Both the position numbers and the translations under genes were made by a program. The notes beneath the pieces were generated by a model, which made no database searches, was not told where the DNA came from, and saw only the letters and a list, made by a program, of their open reading frames with translations. A DNA stretch of 61,950 nucleotides, the filler included. It is 3 parts of 3 records of this genome, joined end to end, with 100 filler letters (N's around TTAATTAATTAA, not from the genome) between each part and the next. Parts side by side here need not be neighbours in the genome. Positions count along the whole stretch, not along the records: positions 50,039 to 61,950 come from DRR723986_1353; 2 more parts are not named here. The stretch is one strand, 5' to 3'. Positions 57,814-61,950 of this stretch are shown piece after piece (the stretch's first letter is position 1; the number at the start of each line of letters is the position of its first letter).

Positions 57814-59259
57814 TCAAAATACGAAGTAAATGAATTCCTGCTTGCCGAATTCGCCAAAAATCAAAATGCTCCAGAGCAACATTGCATAGACCGCCCAGCG
57901 AATTGGCAGCGGTTTCTGTGAGAGGAAATGTCGCATCTGATGTTTGCGCTGCATCAGGTGCATGCACTCCATAAACAGGATCGCCAGTACCCCAACTGCA
58001 AATTGCTTGTGGCCGATTCCGAGTGCCGCAATGTCGAGCGAGAAACTGAAGTCCGTAAACATGCTCTGCAGGATCACAATGGCGTCACCAACGTTATTGG
58101 CGCGGAAAAAGACCCAGGCTATCACCACCAGATGGAAGGTGATAAAGACCTGAATGAACTTCTGCAATTTGGGCACTTTGTGCAGCTTCAAGGCATGGCG
58201 GATACTGTGTCGTTGTTTCTGCGTTACAATCGCTGCTATCAGATAAATGCCGTGCAACGCACCCCAGACGACAAATGTCCAGTTGGCGCCGTGCCACAAA
58301 CCACTGACCAGGAAAACAATAAAGAGGTTGTAATACCAGCGCCACTTGACGACGCGGTTGCCGCCCAGCGGAATGTAAAGGTAGTCGCGGAACCAGCTTG
58401 ATAGTGAAATATGCCATCGCTTCCAGAATTCTGAGATCGACGCCGAGAAATAGGGCCGGTTGAAGTTGTCCATCAGGCGGTAGCCCATCACCTGCGCGGC
58501 ACCAATTGCAATGTCGGAATAGCCCGAAAAATCGCAGTAAATCTGGAAGGCAAAGAAGTAGGTGGCGATTATCACCGGCAGCCCGGTGAAGTCCCCAGGG
58601 TCGTTATAGACCGTGTTAACGACCACCGCAAGTTTATCGGCGATTACCAGCTTCTTGAAGAATCCCCAGAGCATCAGCTTGAGGCCGTCGGTGACGCGCT
58701 GATAGTCGAAATCATATTGTTTGTGGAACTGCGGCATCAGGCGCTCGGAACGCTCGATAGGCCCGGCGACCAGCTGCGGAAAAAACGAGACGTAAACGGC
58801 AAATATGCCGGCGTGTTTTTCGGGTTTGATGCGCCCGTTGTAGACGTCTATCGAATAACTGAGTGTCTGGAAGGTATAGAATGAAATCCCGACCGGCAGC
58901 AGCACATCAAAATAGGCGAGGTCCGTAAAAATATTGAAGTTGTTGAGGACCGCGCGCGTGGAGTCACTAAAAAAGTTAAAATACTTGAAGAAGAACAGGA
59001 TGCCCAGATTGCTCATCAGACTGAGCATCAAGTACTTTTTGCGCTGCTTTTTTTCAGCGCACTTCCCCATCTGCAGGCCGGCCCAGTAATCAATCGCCGT
59101 GGAAGCGATGATCAGGAGCACATACTCGGCCTTCCAGCACATGTAAAAATAGTAGCTGGCGGCCAGGAGCAGCGTCCAGCGAAAACGATACGGCAGCCAG
59201 AAGTACAGGACTATGACCGTCGGGAAAAAAATGAGGAATTCAAGCGAGTTGAATAACAT
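57814..59259 (-). CDS. MBOAT O-acyltransferase (AlgI/DltB/PatA family)
   Basis: MLFNS, LPVGISFYTFQ, FFPQLVAGPIER, QIYCDFSGYSDIAIG, FWKRWHISLS, SGLWHGA, FIYFVF. Confidence 0.95.
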   Translation of the reverse strand: MLFNSLEFLIFFPTVIVLYFWLPYRFRWTLLLAASYYFYMCWKAEYVLLIIASTAIDYWAGLQMGKCAEKKQRKKYLMLSLMSNLGILFFFKYFNFFSDSTRAVLNNFNIFTDLAYFDVLLPVGISFYTFQTLSYSIDVYNGRIKPEKHAGIFAVYVSFFPQLVAGPIERSERLMPQFHKQYDFDYQRVTDGLKLMLWGFFKKLVIADKLAVVVNTVYNDPGDFTGLPVIIATYFFAFQIYCDFSGYSDIAIGAAQVMGYRLMDNFNRPYFSASISEFWKRWHISLSSWFRDYLYIPLGGNRVVKWRWYYNLFIVFLVSGLWHGANWTFVVWGALHGIYLIAAIVTQKQRHSIRHALKLHKVPKLQKFIQVFITFHLVVIAWVFFRANNVGDAIVILQSMFTDFSFSLDIAALGIGHKQFAVGVLAILFMECMHLMQRKHQMRHFLSQKPLPIRWAVYAMLLWSILIFGEFGKQEFIYFVF

Positions 59260-59679
59260 GCTGTGCGGGTTGATGAATGGAATGTTTCTGGACGGCTGGA
59301 GAGTCGCCGCCAAAAAAACGCTTGGCCCGGGCTTCGGGAGCCCTAAGTCAAAACCGAAAGGAATTTGCTGCTGCAGCCCAAAATTGCGTCAATTGTGGCA
59401 AATATAAAAGAAAGCTTTTGAGCACCACACTTTGCCGTTACTTCTCTGTAAACATTCAGTCCGGCGGAGCGACTGCATTCGAGTCAATTCACTGCCGCGC
59501 TTGCTAAAGATGTGTGCTTGTTCGCTTGCCGCACAGGACTTCCCCACCAACTGCTACACAAGCGCCAAATTCGTTTCCAGCATAAATTATTCTATCTTCC
59601 GCCAGAGAGTCTGCCTTATCTGTTTTTGCCTTTTGAAGCTTTAGAATACGTCATTCCCCATACATTCTCAGGAATTCTG

Positions 59680-60315
59680 ATGAGCTCAGCTAACAAACCG
59701 ACAATTACGCCGCTTCCCGACGGCCCTTACAAGGTCGAAAACCTGGAGAACTTCAATAATCGCAAGGGTGCAATTGAAGCCAAGCCAACTATGATGCTCT
59801 GCCGCTGCGGCGGTTCCGGCAACAAACCATACTGTGATGGCACACATCGCAAGAATGGATTTTCTTCCGCCAAACTCGACGGCCGCGTCGAGGACCAACG
59901 CGATAATTACGTCGGCAAAAAAATTACGATTCACGATAACCGCGGAATCTGCGCGCATGCCGGACGTTGTACCGACGGCCTGCCTGCCGTTTTCCATCTG
60001 AACGAAGAGCCCTGGATTTTTGCGGACTCCGCTTCGGCCGAAGAAGTTATCGCTACAATTAATCAGTGTCCTTCCGGCGCTCTCAGCTACACCGTCGAAG
60101 ACGTGGAACATCGTGATCGCCCCGGCGATCCCTCCGTTTTTGTGGCGCCCAACGGTCCCTACGTCGTCAGCGGTGGTCCCGACCTGAACGATACGCCGCG
60201 CGGCGAAGGTGCTTCAACGGAGCACTTCACGATGTGCCGTTGCGGTGGCTCCAAAAACAAGCCCTTTTGTGACGGTACTCATTGGCATAACAATTTCAGC
60301 GACGACAAGAACTAA
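59680..60315 (+). CDS. CDGSH iron-sulfur protein with a central divergent ferredoxin domain
   Basis: LCRCGGSGNKPYCDGTH and MCRCGGSKNKPFCDGTH flanking CAHAGRC...CPSGAL. Confidence 0.9.
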   Translation: MSSANKPTITPLPDGPYKVENLENFNNRKGAIEAKPTMMLCRCGGSGNKPYCDGTHRKNGFSSAKLDGRVEDQRDNYVGKKITIHDNRGICAHAGRCTDGLPAVFHLNEEPWIFADSASAEEVIATINQCPSGALSYTVEDVEHRDRPGDPSVFVAPNGPYVVSGGPDLNDTPRGEGASTEHFTMCRCGGSKNKPFCDGTHWHNNFSDDKN

Positions 60316-60412
60316 GTCCGCTGTGCGGCTTTCCAAAAGTTATTCTTTGCGCGGGATCAGTTAAAACGCTAACTGGTTCCGCGTATTTTTTTTATTCTCG
60401 CCTCCTCTGCAC

Positions 60413-60964
60413 ATGCCGGATTACAACTCGCAGCTCGTCGCTTACCTGGACAGCTGCCCCGAACTCAAGGAAACGCTGGCCGCCTGTACTGCCTCTGGTG
60501 TTAACAATTATTACATCGGTGCCGGCGCCATCACCCAACTGATTTGGAATAACCTGTCGGGCCGCCCGAACCTGCACAAGGTCAAAGACATCGACATTGT
60601 TTACTTCGCCGATGTTGATCTGGAGCCTGCACAAATTGACGCGCTACGCCGCTGCGTCTCACACGATCTTCCGCTCGATATTGTTAACCAGGCCCGCGTG
60701 CACGAATGGTATCATCACAAATTCGGCAATCGCATCGAGGCATTTACGAAAGTTGAGGATGGAATCGATACCTGGCTTTCGGCCGTAGCAATTGGCGTTC
60801 GCAAAATTACTGACTACGAAATCTATGCGCCCTTTGGTCTGCAGGATGCATTCACTAAAACACTCAGGCCCAACAAACGCACGATGAGCAAACAAAATTA
60901 CCTGGACATCACCTCAAGTTTTAAGCGCCGCTGGAACGATCTGAGCATTCTTCCCTGGGACTGA
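60413..60964 (+). CDS. DUF925 / nucleotidyltransferase family protein
   Basis: IGAGAI.Q.IWN, KDIDIVYF, VNQARVH.WY, APFGL.D, RW. Confidence 0.85.
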   Translation: MPDYNSQLVAYLDSCPELKETLAACTASGVNNYYIGAGAITQLIWNNLSGRPNLHKVKDIDIVYFADVDLEPAQIDALRRCVSHDLPLDIVNQARVHEWYHHKFGNRIEAFTKVEDGIDTWLSAVAIGVRKITDYEIYAPFGLQDAFTKTLRPNKRTMSKQNYLDITSSFKRRWNDLSILPWD

Positions 60965-61128
60965 TTATGGCCCCGTCTGTGTTCCTGCTCCTTTTTGGCC
61001 GCGAATATAAAAGTATAAATGTATATACTTGAGGGCTTCGCCATCTGCGCATGCGCTTGCCGGCTTGCTTTTTGAGTTTTCTTGTTAGTCGGCGAGTGTT
61101 GAGCTGGAATTAATTGTACTTTTGAATT

Positions 61129-61608
61129 ATGACATCTACGACGCGTTATTTCCAGAATACGGTCACGCTTGCGGCGCAGCGGCGTGGTTTTCATGTTATC
61201 ACGGCTGAAGTTGAAGCCGGGCTGCCGCAGATAGCTGAAATCGAAGTTGGCCTGCTGCATGTTTTTATTCAGCATACGAGCGCTTCCCTGACGATTAATG
61301 AGAATGCGGACCCGACAGTGCGCATGGACTTTGAGGACCACTTCACGCGCATGCTTCCCGAGGATCCATCGCTCTACCGGCATACGTTTGAAGGTCCGGA
61401 CGACATGACTTCACACATCAAGGCTTCCCTGCTCGGCAATTCGGTGACTGTGCCGATCAGTGGCGGGCGTTTGGCCTTGGGCACCTGGCAGGGCATTTAT
61501 CTGTGTGAGCATCGCGAGCAGCTACGGCGGCGGCGCATTGTCATTACGGCACATGGCCAAGTGCTTGGCAAGGCATACGGCCCGGAACATGGCCCGGAAC
61601 ATGGCTAG
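61129..61608 (+). CDS. yjbQ: YjbQ/UPF0047 family (secondary thiamine-phosphate synthase)
   Basis: HTSASLTINENADPTV, HTFEGPDDMTSHIK, LGTWQGIYLCEHR. Confidence 0.9.
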   Translation: MTSTTRYFQNTVTLAAQRRGFHVITAEVEAGLPQIAEIEVGLLHVFIQHTSASLTINENADPTVRMDFEDHFTRMLPEDPSLYRHTFEGPDDMTSHIKASLLGNSVTVPISGGRLALGTWQGIYLCEHREQLRRRRIVITAHGQVLGKAYGPEHGPEHG

Positions 61609-61950
61609 GTGGCGGGATAAACTTCTGCAGAGTTCAGATGCTGCAGGCAGGGTCTTGCGGGTAATGCGTATAGTTCAGCAACCTGCACTCAGAGCTGGGT
61701 TCTTCTTCTGTAGATGATTCAACTAGCGTTAAGATCTTTCGCCTGAAATTAGAGTAATGAGCTGATTTGTTATGCGGTATGTAGTGGTTCGACTCGCCAC
61801 GAGCCCTTTTGTTGAGGGATGTCAGCCTGTTCTAATATGCAAGGTAAAAGAGTTCTCCGTTCTGTGGTAGTGTGCCCAGCGGGAAGAATTTCCGGATAAA
61901 AGGTACTCGAGACTCCGGCCTCAAATTTTTGCAACAGGGTCGAGCCCTAA

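Noticed and set aside
60413-60964. Nucleotidyltransferase as an MNT-HEPN toxin-antitoxin or CD-NTase
   Set aside because: Motifs fit stand-alone DUF925; no HEPN partner or effector adjacent.

Overview
The window joins three unrelated contigs through artificial 100-nt spacers (N44-TTAATTAATTAA-N44 at 18015-18114 and 49939-50038), so gene neighbourhoods must not be read across the joins. Contig 1 (1-18014) is a high-GC alphaproteobacterial chromosome stretch, probably Roseibium/Labrenzia-like (inferred). It holds housekeeping genes: lepA, mepA, a patatin, an M42 peptidase, a Tet-type MFS, a B12 radical SAM enzyme, a peroxiredoxin, RNA methyltransferases and an MCP fragment. It also has a perfect CtrA box and an atypical cold-shock protein. 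Contig 2 (18115-49938) is gammaproteobacterial, probably Halieaceae-like (inferred). After gcvP it carries the most striking locus (20254-27931): an exported FecR-like/TPR protein, a CHASE2-3TM-TIR receptor, a 53-aa (RPGPPGTQ)x5 repeat peptide whose DNA repeats differ only at synonymous positions, a membrane TolB-like/TPR protein, and an operon of caspase-like protease, RipA-like 2TM protein and metacaspase. This is a candidate envelope-sensing TIR/caspase immunity or cell-death system. Next come an orphan sigma54-driven catabolic cluster (CoA-transferase, HMG-CoA-lyase family, hydantoinase A/B, amidase, PrpR-like activator, TonB receptor, Cys-less racemase homologue, two SnoaL proteins), an RND pump and a sulfatase. 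Contig 3 (50039-61950) is lower-GC, mosaic and gene-sparse. It has a frameshifted gene, a lipoprotein, an SRPBCC/AraC pair, an MBOAT/SGNH pair, a CDGSH protein, a DUF925 protein and YjbQ. All family calls come from motif recognition by eye, with no database searches.
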